Source of the DNA: Camelus dromedarius
Taxonomy: Eukaryota
Direction: 5' to 3'
DNA length: 64,000 nt
Assembly (NCBI RefSeq): GCF_036321535.1
Contig: NC_087447.1
Coordinates: 47,122,001-47,186,000 of the forward strand
Made by a program: the position numbers and the translations under genes. The stretch's first letter is position 1. The number at the start of each line of letters is the position of its first letter. The notes beneath the pieces were generated by a model, which saw nothing but the letters and a program-made list of their open reading frames with translations, made no database searches and was not told where the DNA came from. Below are positions 49,770 to 61,750 of the stretch, piece after piece.

Positions 49770-50580
49770 AAAACTCGCAATAAAAAACAAATACAAAATG
49801 CTGTAATTAATAGCCAATTCCAAGCCAACCCAGCATCCCTACTAATAAACCTCAACACTTGCAAAAAGAACAATAAATTCTGCCCCTCTCTCGTCCTGGG
49901 GTGGTCTCTTATATACACTCCGTGTGTGTGTATGTATGTGGGTAAGTGTGTCTACATATGTATTTATTTTCTTTTATCTCCCATCCAGGGAGGGGCAGAA
50001 TAATGAACTGCGTGCGTCAGGGAAGATGAATCTGAGATACTAGGGAGCAGTGCAGTAAAAAGATTAAAGTGTTATTATTGTTGGGTTTTTTCCCCCATGG
50101 TCCATTGTGACAGCTCGACCGTCATCTGTAAAAAATGTCTCAGCGAGAGATAATCATCGGAAACTCAATAAAGCGTCAGGGGGAGCCTCAGCCCCCATCA
50201 ATCACTGGGTGCCTGGAAAATTTCAGCCCTCTGTCTCCCTTCCTGCTATCCATATAAATGTCTCTAATATATTTTGTGTGGTGTGTGGGACTCATCCCTG
50301 ATTTGGAACTTTTGATGAAAAAATATTTATACACAGAATATGTAAATCAGTTAAAAATCACAAGACTAATTCTTTGCCACCCCATCCCAGTTTGTTTCTT
50401 ATTTTTATAAATGCATCAAATTTATTCTTTTTAATAAAACATGTCAACTAGTCTATCTCCCTCTCCTAGTCAAATGTATATACAGGTTTGGAGGGCTAAA
50501 AGGATGGAAACAATTAACCTAACTGCCTGATACACTTAATCTTGAAGTTGGCCAAAAGGCCTGATGGATGGACATTGCAT
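49770..50580. promoter_or_regulatory. Candidate intronic developmental enhancer
   Basis: No repeat recognised. Contains TGATTGATGG (minus strand, 50195-50204), TGACAG (50108-50113), CATTGT (50103-50108) and TGATGGATGG (50562-50571). Motif evidence only. Confidence 0.45.
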
Positions 50581-50943
50581 TGCTCATCCTAGTGACTCTA
50601 TAGTGGCTGAGACTGCTGAGAAATGACATGTAGAACCACTGGTGCTGGAGGTGTGACAAGACTCTGACAATGATGAGGAAGAGGCAGGGACATTATTAAA
50701 AATAATAACTTGCCCAAACAATTTTTGGCATGGCAGATTCCCAAGTCTTCCAAGACCCTGGACAAGCTGGAATTGTTGAGCTAAGTGTGGAGTGCATACA
50801 GGCTGATATGGCTGCTAGGTTCTCCTCAACAGCAGTTCTGCTGGCATTTGACATCATCTCTCTGCCTCAGTTTCCTTTAGTGCTTACATTATGAGGTTGC
50901 TGTGAGCACACAGTGTCAATAAATGTTACCTGCTGCTGTAGCT

Positions 50944-51093
<150 letters not shown>

Positions 51094-52204
51094 TTATTAT
51101 CATCTCCCCCTTTTCCACCCCGGAAGGAATCAGTTCCTGCAGTACCATCTCCTCTAAGACCTTCAAGACTACTCTGCCTAAAGGATAACGTCGAAGCATC
51201 CTTATCTGGCCCCAATCTACTAACTACACCTTTACTGCTTATTACCCTCTAAAATGAATCTTCTGATGCATGGATGTTTCAGCCTAACAAGTTTACTTGC
51301 AGCCCTGAAACATATTTTTTCTGCTTCCTAGCTCTGAATGTTTTGGACATAACATATCCCTTCTCTGAATCACATCCAATCATACCCACTTACAGGCCCC
51401 TCCATAAAATTTTCTTATACTTCAAGGCTCAAATCCCATTTTATTTCCTGATGCTTCAGCTAGAGATTCTCTTCCCTGAGCTTCCTCTGATAGTCTTTGT
51501 TACCTGTACCTCTGACTGGACCCTTGTCAAACATTGTCTTGGTCATGTCTTCATTCTTTATTAATTGCTGTTCTTGCTAGCATTTTACATGTGCGTGATA
51601 TCTTGTATTTTCTCAAAAATTTCGTAAGTACTCCAATTTGATCTTTACAATAAGCCTATGGTGTAAAAAATATTATTCTCTCAGATGAGAAAAATCAAAG
51701 CTCAGAGAGGTAAAAAGAATCACCCAAGATCACACAGTCAGGTGATGGCCAAGTCATTCCTTAGACTCTGAAATAATGTTTGGCTCTTTGCAGATAATAG
51801 TTTGCTACCACTGAAAAGCATTTGGAAGCTGTGTCAAAGACTCTCAATGAAATTCCATAATAGCCAATACCCAACAAGGGTAACAATGATGTGTAAAAAC
51901 AGAAATTTACATTAATGGAATTCCTTCTATGTTCCAAGTTTTAGGCTAGGGCTAAATATACTACCTTTAACTCTCGCAATAACCTTTATTTTTTTTTTTA
52001 CAAATAAAGAGACAGAGCCTCCAGGTACAGAAAATTGTTCCAGGTGTCACAGCTATAAAGTGTTCTGTACACCCATAATACCACGGCTTAAACACACAGA
52101 CTCTCTAGGAATGAAACTTAAAGTGGCAAAATAAGGTCTTTTCTAGAGAGGAGAAGGTCCAGTTGAGTTTTTTAAAGCAGTTCAAGCACAAGTAGCCTAG
52201 GTCA

Positions 52205-52315
52205 TGCTACTCAAAGAGTGGAAGTCTGTTAGAAATACAAAATCTCAGGTCCCACCCCAGACATACTAAATCAGAATCTCAGGGGCAGGGACAGGAATTT
52301 GTTTTAAGAAGCTCT
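52205..52315. mobile_element. MER5-like MITE fragment
   Basis: 'gttagaaatacaaaatctcaggtcccaccccagacatactaaatcagaatctc'. Confidence 0.75.
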
Positions 52316-52514
52316 CTTTTATGTCCTTAGGAGCCTTACTACTCCCATTGGAGTTTGCATCTCCAAGGGCACACCTCTCTGTTGTGCCTGTGTAGGGCTG
52401 GGCATGCAGTGGGTGCTGGGTGTTAACTTACATTAGATAGATGAGCTAGGATAAGACTACTCCTTAGCATGTCCTGGCGAGGGGGAGAAATATTATAGAG
52501 AGCAGTTCCATTAC

Positions 52515-52604
52515 CGCCAGTGGGGACTCCTAGCCATCTCCTGAACTCCAGGGCACTTGTCCACTGGTTTGTGATGTACCAGCTTGCATCGTCCTGTCCC
52601 CCAT
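52515..52604 (-). CDS. CLPB: CLPB alternative cassette exon (human exon 5 equivalent; 30-aa insert of the long isoform)
   Basis: 90 bp, symmetric phase 1-1; acceptor tgtgtcttcAG, donor GCG|GTAATG. Encodes (D)[29 protein letters not shown] with no stop, closely resembling the human long-isoform insert. Confidence 0.88.
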
Positions 52605-55600
52605 CTGAAGACACAGAGATGGGGAGGTCAGCTGGAGCAGGCCAGGACCTGCGGCCCCTGGGGCTGTGGGAAGAGGGCCACCCAGCTGGTGATGTTGTCT
52701 TTGGCAGGTCCAGCTGGGCAAGCCAGGCCCTCTACCCACAGAAGGGCCCTATGCCAACCCAGCTTCTGCACAACTCATCTTTATTCAGCTGCCACTTGGA
52801 ACTGAGAAGAGAAGCTGACTTATAGCCTGCTCTGGCCACGTTTCTGCTGTGTTTTATTGTTTTAATTGTGCACATGAGAGGCACTCCTAATGCTTTCTTG
52901 CATTTCTGACAGCCCCAGACACCCAATGTTTATAACAGTTACTTGCAAGCAGCCAGCGGCATCCCCAGCTGGGCAACTTGTTTACTGTTACCATTAATTT
53001 ATTGCCTCCTCCATCTGAGGACTGGGGCCCACCACCCATCAGACAGCCACAAGTGGAACTCTCCTAGAGTGGGAATGGGTGGGGCTCAAGGCACTGAATG
53101 GAATGTGGTCAAGGTCAGGGAATGATCTGACAGAGAAGCAGCTGTGATCTCTGAGCTCCCCTCCACGCATCCCCCTTGTGTGCCTTTGCTCAACCTGTGT
53201 CCCTGCTTAGAATATCTTTTATTCACTCTCCAAAGCCCAGCTCAAACCATATTTCTTCTTAGTAAATAACTTGCTCTGATGGTGAGCACAAAGTTTCTAG
53301 AGCCTTAGAAATCACATGGCTGACAGGAACCTGGGAGGCCATATAATCTAATGACCCTTTACAGAATCCCTGATGGGCAGACAGCACCGTCAGTGCCCCT
53401 TGAGTGGTGACTTGCTCAGTATCTCCAAGGCAGGTTTCCTGCCTTACACTGAGCCAAGACCCAACTCCATAGAGAAATTCTTCACCACATGTCACCAAAC
53501 AACCCTTTAAGATGGGTATTGTTATCCTTATGTTACAGATGAGAAAACTGAAATTCAAGAACCTCAAGCCACTTGCTTCACACAGCTGGTTAAGTGACAA
53601 AACTTAGATGAACCATGACTTCCTGGCACCAAAACCTGACCTTTCTCCAGGACACCACTGTGCCTTTGAAGATGCCACTCTGAGGGCTGGAGAGAATGGA
53701 CAGAACAGTCAGGCTAATAAGGTCAAGCATCCCCATGTCACCTGCACCAGCAGACCTGCCCTCTACCCAGAAACACCAACCTTGACAAGGGTGGAAGATA
53801 CTGTAATGTGCCAACTGAGCAGGCTTCTTGCTAGAGCAATACCATAGGCAAAACAGGAGACATACTTCAACGAGGCAACCGATGACAAAGTCTCAGCAAA
53901 GAGGTTTCTTTCCTCTCTACGTTGTGCCCATTCTGAGCAGGCAGAACAGATACAGAGCCTCTCTGAGAGAAAGCCCGGCAACCTCTCCATCCCTTTTGGT
54001 CTCTGCCTGGATCCTTCTTTCCTCCTCACAACTTAAATGCTGGTACCCTGAGTGAGGGACTTATCCTCCCATCCCCTCACTTTAACTCCTTTCCTTGAGC
54101 ATTTCAGTCACATCCATTGTTTTAACTACCAATAAGATGCTGGTGACTCCCAAATCCCCATCTCCTGCCAGGCTTCTCCTTTGTGCTCCAGACCCACACA
54201 TCCAACGGTTCAACCAAAGCAGAAACCAAGGTGACAGACGGGCACTCCTTTTCCATCGATTCCCACATTCCACTGAATACTCATCCACTTCCTAATATTT
54301 TCCTAACATCTATTTTCTCCAGTTGCAAAGATCTCTTTTAGGAATCCCCAGAAATCAGAAGTGCATTTTGACGAAGAAGAGCATAGCTTCTCATCCAATT
54401 CTCAAAGGTGTCCATCATCCCTAAAACATCAAGAACCATTGCTTATCTTTCCCTTCAATTCATGGGACCATTCTTTCCCAATCAGAATGGTTCACCTAAA
54501 ATGCAAATGTAAATTGAGCATTCCCCTCAATTGAGAGGGAGCTCTCAGGCCTTACTTCCTGCTGTTCTCCTCAGCACCATGGCAGGTAATTCCACCTGCT
54601 GTCACCTACCCCATGTCTCTGCATGTGTAGTTCCTTCTGCCTGGAAAGTCCATCCCTCTTAGTCTGCCTGGCAGCCTCTGACTCATCCTTAAGACCCAAT
54701 TCAAAGTCACTTATCCTGTGATACTTCCCAGACACCCGCCTGCCCTCAGGTAGAGGGCATCACTACCTATATCAGTGCTCCTATATCTTTTGTACATCTG
54801 ACTACCTTTGCATTTATCATCCTACACTGCGGTGTCTATTCTTGGTCTGTCTTTTTATTTGACTGGGAGCACTGTAGAGGGGCTAGACCATGTTCATTTT
54901 TATTTATTTATTCCCAGCATCTGGCAGAGTGCCTGACACTCAGTAACTACAGCTGAATCATAAATAAACAAAACTAATAAGCAACTACAACTGTAGAGTA
55001 TTTCACAATTCACACATCACATACTTTACCTCTGCATCTTCACAGCAATACTGATAAGGCAGACAAGGAATATATTACTGGGCTTTAGGGAAGTCATGCC
55101 AAGGTCACAAACTAGAAGTCACACTTCCCTTCAGTACTGAGCATAGGCTGAGTCCCACAGAAATATCTATTAGAAATTTAGTGAACTTGATGGACTTTGG
55201 AACTGACTCTATGTTCTAATACTGATGGACTCTTCTGTGCTTGTGAATTTGCCTACACGTACTCTGGGAAAGGAACTTGCATCTCTTTTTCAACTTAACC
55301 TCCTCACACATCTCCGCAAGTCAGGCAGCTTCCTGTGAAAAAGTCAGTCCAATCCAAAGAACCACAGGATTCTTTTGTTTCTACTTCATCAATGAAAATG
55401 ATCTAGAGCTGGGTACAGTGCCTGACATACAGTGGGCAATCAATAAATACTGGTTGAACAGATGAATGAATAAGGTATCTTTATATAGAAAAAGGAGAAA
55501 AAATATGTTTAAGAAGGAGCTAAAGGCTTATTAGGCTGGTAAGGAGAGGAGAACCCTGAGATGATTTTAAAGGACTGTCACTCTCCAGGCCCAGAGTCAG

Positions 55601-55974
55601 AAAGCAGAGCACATGAAGCCAGATAGCAGAGTACATCCAAACTGATAGACCAGGTAAAATCAGATAAGCTGCCAGAAAACTGTGGCCAGCAAAGGTAGTC
55701 TGAAATTGAAAAAAAAAGGGGGAAAAGCTACTGAGAGAGGTAGATCTTGCAAGCCACAGAGCAGTGTGTTTGTCAATGACTGTTGACAAAATTTATTATT
55801 TAAATCAAGAATTATTTATTTTTAATGGTTTTTAAAGACTTAGGTGCTTACTGGGCACCAGAATGGGTTCCCTAAGGACAAGATGAAACCAGGCCAGAAT
55901 AACCTACTGCCTTTTGGGAAAGGGTCACTGTGTAAGAAAGTAAGACAAATGTTAAACATGTTTTTACTTTAACA

Positions 55975-56345
55975 AGAAATCTGAGAAAATCTCTTACAAT
56001 TTTGTGGACAAGATGGAGAAATGGAAGCCAAAAAAGAACAAAGTCTGGTGGATTTACAGTTGTGACTGCTGAATAATGCTTCTAAATTGTCCTAGTCATG
56101 TGCTCCAGGGCTCTATACTTAATAGAGTCCTTGTAAACTTTTTAATCAAACACTAGCCTCTAAAGTAAAGGACGGCAGGGATCTTGTCTGCCTAACTCAC
56201 CAGTACCTAGAACAGCGCCTGCTAGATAGGAACATGATCAATAAAATTTTTAAAAATTATTTTTGAGTAAATAAATGAATCCATAGAAAGCCTATTCACT
56301 AAATTTGCAGGTCATACAAAATAAGAAGAGATAGCTAACACTTTC
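55975..56345 (+). mobile_element. L3/CR1 reverse-transcriptase relic, interrupted by an L2 end
   Basis: 'gtggacaagatggagaaat', and 'actaaatttgcaggtcatacaaaa', which looks like a decayed CR1 KFADDTK motif. Confidence 0.55.
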
Positions 56346-56468
56346 ATCTTTATTTCTTGAGTGATATACTAGCCTGTTCCAACATTTTTGTGGTCTACCT
56401 ACCTACCTACCTAGAATGTAGGCTGACTAGCTCAAGAGTTAATAAAAAAAAATTCAGATGAGGTTGAC

Positions 56469-56554
56469 AAAAAAAAAAAAAAAAAAAAAAAGAAAGAAAG
56501 AAAAGTAAAGTAAAGAAAGATAAAGGAAGGAAGGAAAGAAAGAAAGAAAAAAAA
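56469..56554 (+). repeat. Poly(A) followed by GAAA/GGAA low-complexity tract
   Basis: Seen directly. Confidence 0.9.
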
Positions 56555-56564
56555 TTATCTAGAA

Positions 56565-56771
56565 CAGGGTTGGCAAACTACAGCCTACACGCCTAATCCA
56601 GCCTGCTGCCAATTTTTGTTAATAAAGTTTTACTGGAACACATCCATGCATACTTGTTTGTGTCCTGCACTACAATGGCCAAGCTGGGTAGTCACAACTG
56701 AGACCAACTAGCCCAGGAAGCTTAAAATGTTTACCATCTGGCACGTTCCAGATAAAGTTTGCAGACCATTG
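56565..56771. mobile_element. MER58A-like hAT-Charlie MITE with perfect 8-bp TSD
   Basis: Ends cagggttggcaaact ... agtttgcagaccattg; internal 'aataaagttttactggaacaca'. TSD atctagaa at 56557-56564 and 56772-56779 fits the NTCTAGAN target typical of Charlie elements. Confidence 0.92.
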
Positions 56772-58649
56772 ATCTAGAATGTTGAATATGAATAAGCATC
56801 AAGCTGGAAAGCTGAACTATTAGAATACAAAGGTATAAAGCTTGAATGCAGGAGTAGGGGCTTGTGTGACAGCAGAGGTTAGACTAGATAGCTTCACAGC
56901 TCTGAGATTCTGTGAAATCGAAAATGCTTACTGAGTCCTGTCAGGACCCTAAGAGCAGATGAGAAGGCACTCAAATAACCCTTCCCTTCCACCTGGCCCT
57001 GCCCTTCCAGCAAATGCTTTTTTGGTGAGAACGTCTGAACAGAAGACAGCGGAGAGGGTAGCAATGCTGTGTCTGAGTGAGGAGAGGACAGCCTATAAGC
57101 TGAGTCCCCACGTATCAGGCTGCTAACACCAGGCAAGTGTGGTACTCATGAAATTCTCCTCTGTTTGAAACAAGGTCAACATGATTCCTCCAGCTCAATG
57201 GGAAATCCAAGGAGGCATAAGTCATGGCCTGCACATGGAACTGTCAGCTGATGAGGAGAGAAAAGACATATGAGCAGATCAGAGTTCAAATAACCATATA
57301 CAGGGCCAAGATTTAGAAAACATTCAGAACAGCTGAGGGCAAGTTGCAATCATTGCCAAGGACAGTGAAGGCTCTGTGGAGGACTGAACCACAGCAAGGG
57401 AGCTTGATGGAAGGAGCAGGTTCAGAGAGGTGGAGAGCAGAGGAGCAGAGGGAGGGCAACTTCACACTTCACCTGGGCAGCAACGCTCTGATGCTCTTGA
57501 CATTTCCCACATGCTGCTGATTTGAGACACCTTGCTGAGGCAGCAATGACACTTCCGCTCTGGGCTACCATACATGGTAGTCTGGAAGCCTCACTGTCAG
57601 CTCTGAGGGCTGAATACACTCCTCCCCTTGGCTGAACCTCCCTTCGGGTCAATGTTTGGAACGTCAGGCAGTCAGCAAGGCTGTCTGTCCTGGCATCACT
57701 GCCAACCCTAAGGCAGCCACTGCTCAGCTGCCCTGCTCCTGGAAAGTGAGGGGAATCTCAGGCTCTGCAAGGGATCTAGGATAATGGGTGGGCAGTGGGG
57801 CCAATCTGGACAAGCAAAGCTCAAACATGAAATACTCATTTCTCTCTACAGTCAAAGCAGCCTGCCCTCTTCTCAACTTCATTTTCGAAGAACTACTCAA
57901 AAGAGGCAACATGGACTAACTTGCCCAAGTACCCTCCAAATGGACACGTGACCAAGCCCTGGTACAGGTACACAGCACCTCTTTCCTCTGGAGAAGTCCA
58001 AGCAATCACCTACAAAACACCCCCAGGGAGGCACTGATGACCACCCCATTTTACAAGCACAAACATCAAGGCATAGAGAAGGTCCATTCTTTGTCCTGGG
58101 TCATTCAGCACGTTAAAGGGCCAGTCCCAGAGAGAGGATTATATTTCACATATAGGAGGGGGAAAATATAGTACTCAGAGTAGTGTTGAGGGACTTCTGA
58201 GGCTGAGGAAACCTGTGAGGCTGCTTTCTGGTTCTGGGGTAGGGCTGGGACAGGGTAAGTCTGCAGGAAGTAGTCTAAGAATAAATCCACATTCCATGCA
58301 GTTGCCTTAATTATTTTCTGGAAACCTACTCCATTGTCCCTTCATCTGAGACTCCACAGGTTGAGGCACTTTGGGGAGAACACCAGTTAAAAGGTTCTCC
58401 CACCCCTCCTCCAGGTCATGAAATTGGGCCTCTAGCTTATTCCCCAAGACTGGAAGTGACATAAATTATAGAGCCAGAGGTGACTGTGAAGGACATCTGT
58501 CCAAGCCCTTTGGGTTATCCATGAGTTCCCAGAGGATGAGGGATGTGCAGGCTCTCACCCTGAGTTGCTGGAAGAGCTGGTACACCTCAAGGCTGCCTGG
58601 AAGCCAGGGGGAGCAGAGTTCTCATAACAGTAGGGTAGCCCACACTTAC

Positions 58650-58753
58650 CTTCTAAAGAATGGATTCCCTGTTCCTTGGCGGTCTTGTAAACACTGGTGA
58701 AATCATCCCCAAGGTTTGGGTCAGCACCAGCAGCAAGCAGGACCCGCACTATA
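58650..58753 (-). CDS. CLPB: CLPB internal exon (human exon 4 equivalent), ankyrin repeat region
   Basis: 104 bp; acceptor ctgttcttccAG, donor AAG|GTAAGT. Encodes (S)[34 protein letters not shown], including the ankyrin LLxxGADPN motif. Confidence 0.97.
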
Positions 58754-59779
58754 CTGGAAGAACAGAGAAAGACACAAGTGTCAAAAACAGGAAAGGCCAA
58801 GGAAGTAGAGACCAAGATTCTGAGGCATGTTTGGGGATCGGATCTGCCTTTGCTCATGTGAGCAGTACAGTGGAAAGAACACAAGCTGTGCGAGTGTCAA
58901 AGACAAGGGTAGGAAAGTTGGCTCTGAAACTTTACTGGCTGAGAGGCTCTGGACAAGTTATCTAACACCTCTCTAAGCCTCAGCTTCCACAACTATTAAA
59001 TGTGAAGTGTTTATTCAACAGTTACTTATCAAATATTTACTATGTTCTAGTTTGAGGTGCTAGGGTCCGTGCCCTCAGGGAGCTTACTGTCTCTTCTGGG
59101 AATGATAACAATTTAGTATAAAATTACAAAGAAGTGTGATAAAGGCTATGATGGGAGAAACACCAGCTGCGGTAGGAAACTAAAGCAGAGAATCACAAGA
59201 AAAACCTCCCAGAGGATGTGGTATTTAAGGTATTGAAAGGTTGAGTAGCCACATCTGGGATGTGAAGGGGGCGGGCCCAATGCATTTACAAATCTTGGAG
59301 GCAAAAGAGTATGATGCTTCACCCAAAGAAAGTAGAGTTAGAATAGAGGATGTAAGGGGAAGAGAAGTGGGGGCTGAGGTAAGGGCTCACTGAAGGGCTT
59401 AAAGAGAAAGTGATGTGGCAACACATGCTTTCCCCCTCACTTCAAAAGATATATACATATTTTAAAAAATGCAAATCATACTGTAATATTAAATTGAAAA
59501 ATGAAAGTCTTCCCTTACAGCCATCTCCTTAATGTAAATTCCAAGCGTAACCACTTATTTATAGTTTGGTGTGTTTCCTTCCAAACTTTCGCTATTAGAA
59601 GAATCACTCCAGTGGCTGGGTGAGAATGGACTGGTGGGAATAGGATGAGAGTCCGTAGTCTCCATAGTGGGGTTAAACTTGGTGAATTTATAAAGCACAG
59701 TGCTTCACTCAGGAAGTGCTCCGCATATGTTAGTTTCCCTTCTAATACATCATGCTTCTGCTAATCCTTTCCTTTCCTT

Positions 59780-60480
59780 TCTCCTAATAAAAAAAGGTTC
59801 ATGTTCACTATAAAAAAATTCAGAAAATATAGCTGATCAAAAAGAAAAAAATGCTTTAGAATATATAACATCTTTCCAGTTTTTTTGATGTATGCATATT
59901 TTTATTTACAAAAAATGGGATTATACATAAACTCTCCCTAAACACCTTCTATGTATTAAATATTCGTCTACTACATGGTTTTAAACGACTCCACAGTATT
60001 CTACTATAAGGCCAGTCCATAGCCAATCCCCAATTGTAAAACATTAGATTATTTTTAATATTTCAATAACAATCTCTACTTCCTTTGAATAAATTCTTAG
60101 GAGATGAAGTTCTAGATAAACAAAACCACTTTTAAGGCTTTTGATAAATGTTACTAAACTGTCTTCCAGAAAGATTGTACCAATTTTTATCCTTACTAGC
60201 AAAGGAAAGATGAGAGTAACTGTCTGCCTTCCTCTCACCAAAATAGGGTGGTTTTCTTCTTTTTCATAATGTGTTAATCTGGTAAACAGAAAATGGAATC
60301 ACATGGCTGTTTCAACTTACATTTCTCTGATTACTAGTGAGGTAGGAGTTAAAAAAATGTTTAGCAGTCAGCTGTGTTTCTTTTTTCATGAAACACAATA
60401 ATCAATTGTGTTTTTATTTTCATGAATGATGTCTTTTGCCTATTTTTCTCTTGTTATGTTAATCTTCTGCTTACTGGCCT
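59780..60480 (-). mobile_element. L1ME-like fragments
   Basis: 'ttccagaaagattgtaccaattt', 'catttctctgattactagtgagg'. Confidence 0.75.
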
Positions 60481-61549
60481 TCAAAACTATTAATGCTTTT
60501 TAAGGCATAAATGGCAAGCATTTAAAAAAATTACTCTAATTATTATAACTATTAAAAAGCCAAACTATAGTTTTAGTTTTTCTCCTTTGCTAGTTTTTCA
60601 GTGTTTGTAACCAGCAGTGTTGTTAGCTTTTCCTGTACCAACTGGTTTGAATTTCATTACCTTCAACAGGCACAGGGACCTGGCCCAATTATTTGCTGAA
60701 TGGATGAATGAATTTCAATAACTCCCATGCACACGAACACACAGTCCTCATAGGTAAGTCAAAGAACTAGAATCCATCTCCCACGTAGATGAGGTTCTTC
60801 TACATCTGATCTAACACGGTCAAGTGAGTCTCCTGTCTACTCACCTTACCTAAAAGGATCTTAAGAATCACCTTTTACAGGTAATTTATCCAGGATATGA
60901 ATTATGATCCCAAAGAGAAATGAGAAGGGTCTCTAAGCAACATCTAAAATCCATGTCTAAAAGTCAGCTATTTAATTCATAGCAGTCTGTCAGGTTCTCA
61001 ATTGGAGACTATTTGCTCATAGCTTACATATAATTTGAAGAAGACTGACATTAGTCTTCCTGTTTCCTAGAAGATTAAAAGTTAAGAGGGTACAAAAAGG
61101 CTGTTAGAGATAGTCAAACTAACTGAAGGCAATGAGAGAAATAGCTGATATAGAGGGATGTAGTATGGGACAGAGGTTAAAAATGTTGGCTTTAATGTCT
61201 GAGACAATCTGAGCATCAACATGAATAATGAAATTAATGGGATATAACCCATTGAGTAAACTAAGATTCCAAGAGTATACATTGAAAATAAGTCTATGGA
61301 GGCTAAGGGAAAATTCTCTACTGTAGAATGACAACTAATAAACATAGAAGAAATAATGAAATTAGAAAAATCATCATTTTGCAATCATAATTATGAGAGA
61401 TATTAAGAGTATCTAGCTCATGTTGACTGTGTTAGTCATAATATAATGACATATAAGTCAACAAACATTAGTTATCATTACTATGCACCTGACCTTGTGG
61501 TTGGGCTATGGGGAAGTCAAAAGAAGTATGAGCTAAGACACAAACTAGA

Positions 61550-61750
61550 AAGACAGCATGGCATTTCATAACAAGTACAGGGAAACCTGGGTTCAAATCA
61601 AAGCTCTATCATTAACTAACTATGGTCTTGGACAAGTTACTATACCTCTGAGACTCCATTTCCTCACCACAATAAGAGAGATTGTGATGCTTCCCTTATA
61701 GGTTATGAGATAAGTATGTAAAACTCCACAGTGCCTGGCACATAGAAGGA
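61550..61750 (+). mobile_element. MIR SINE
   Basis: 'cctgggttcaaatc...cttggacaagttac...cagtgcctggcacatag'. Confidence 0.8.
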
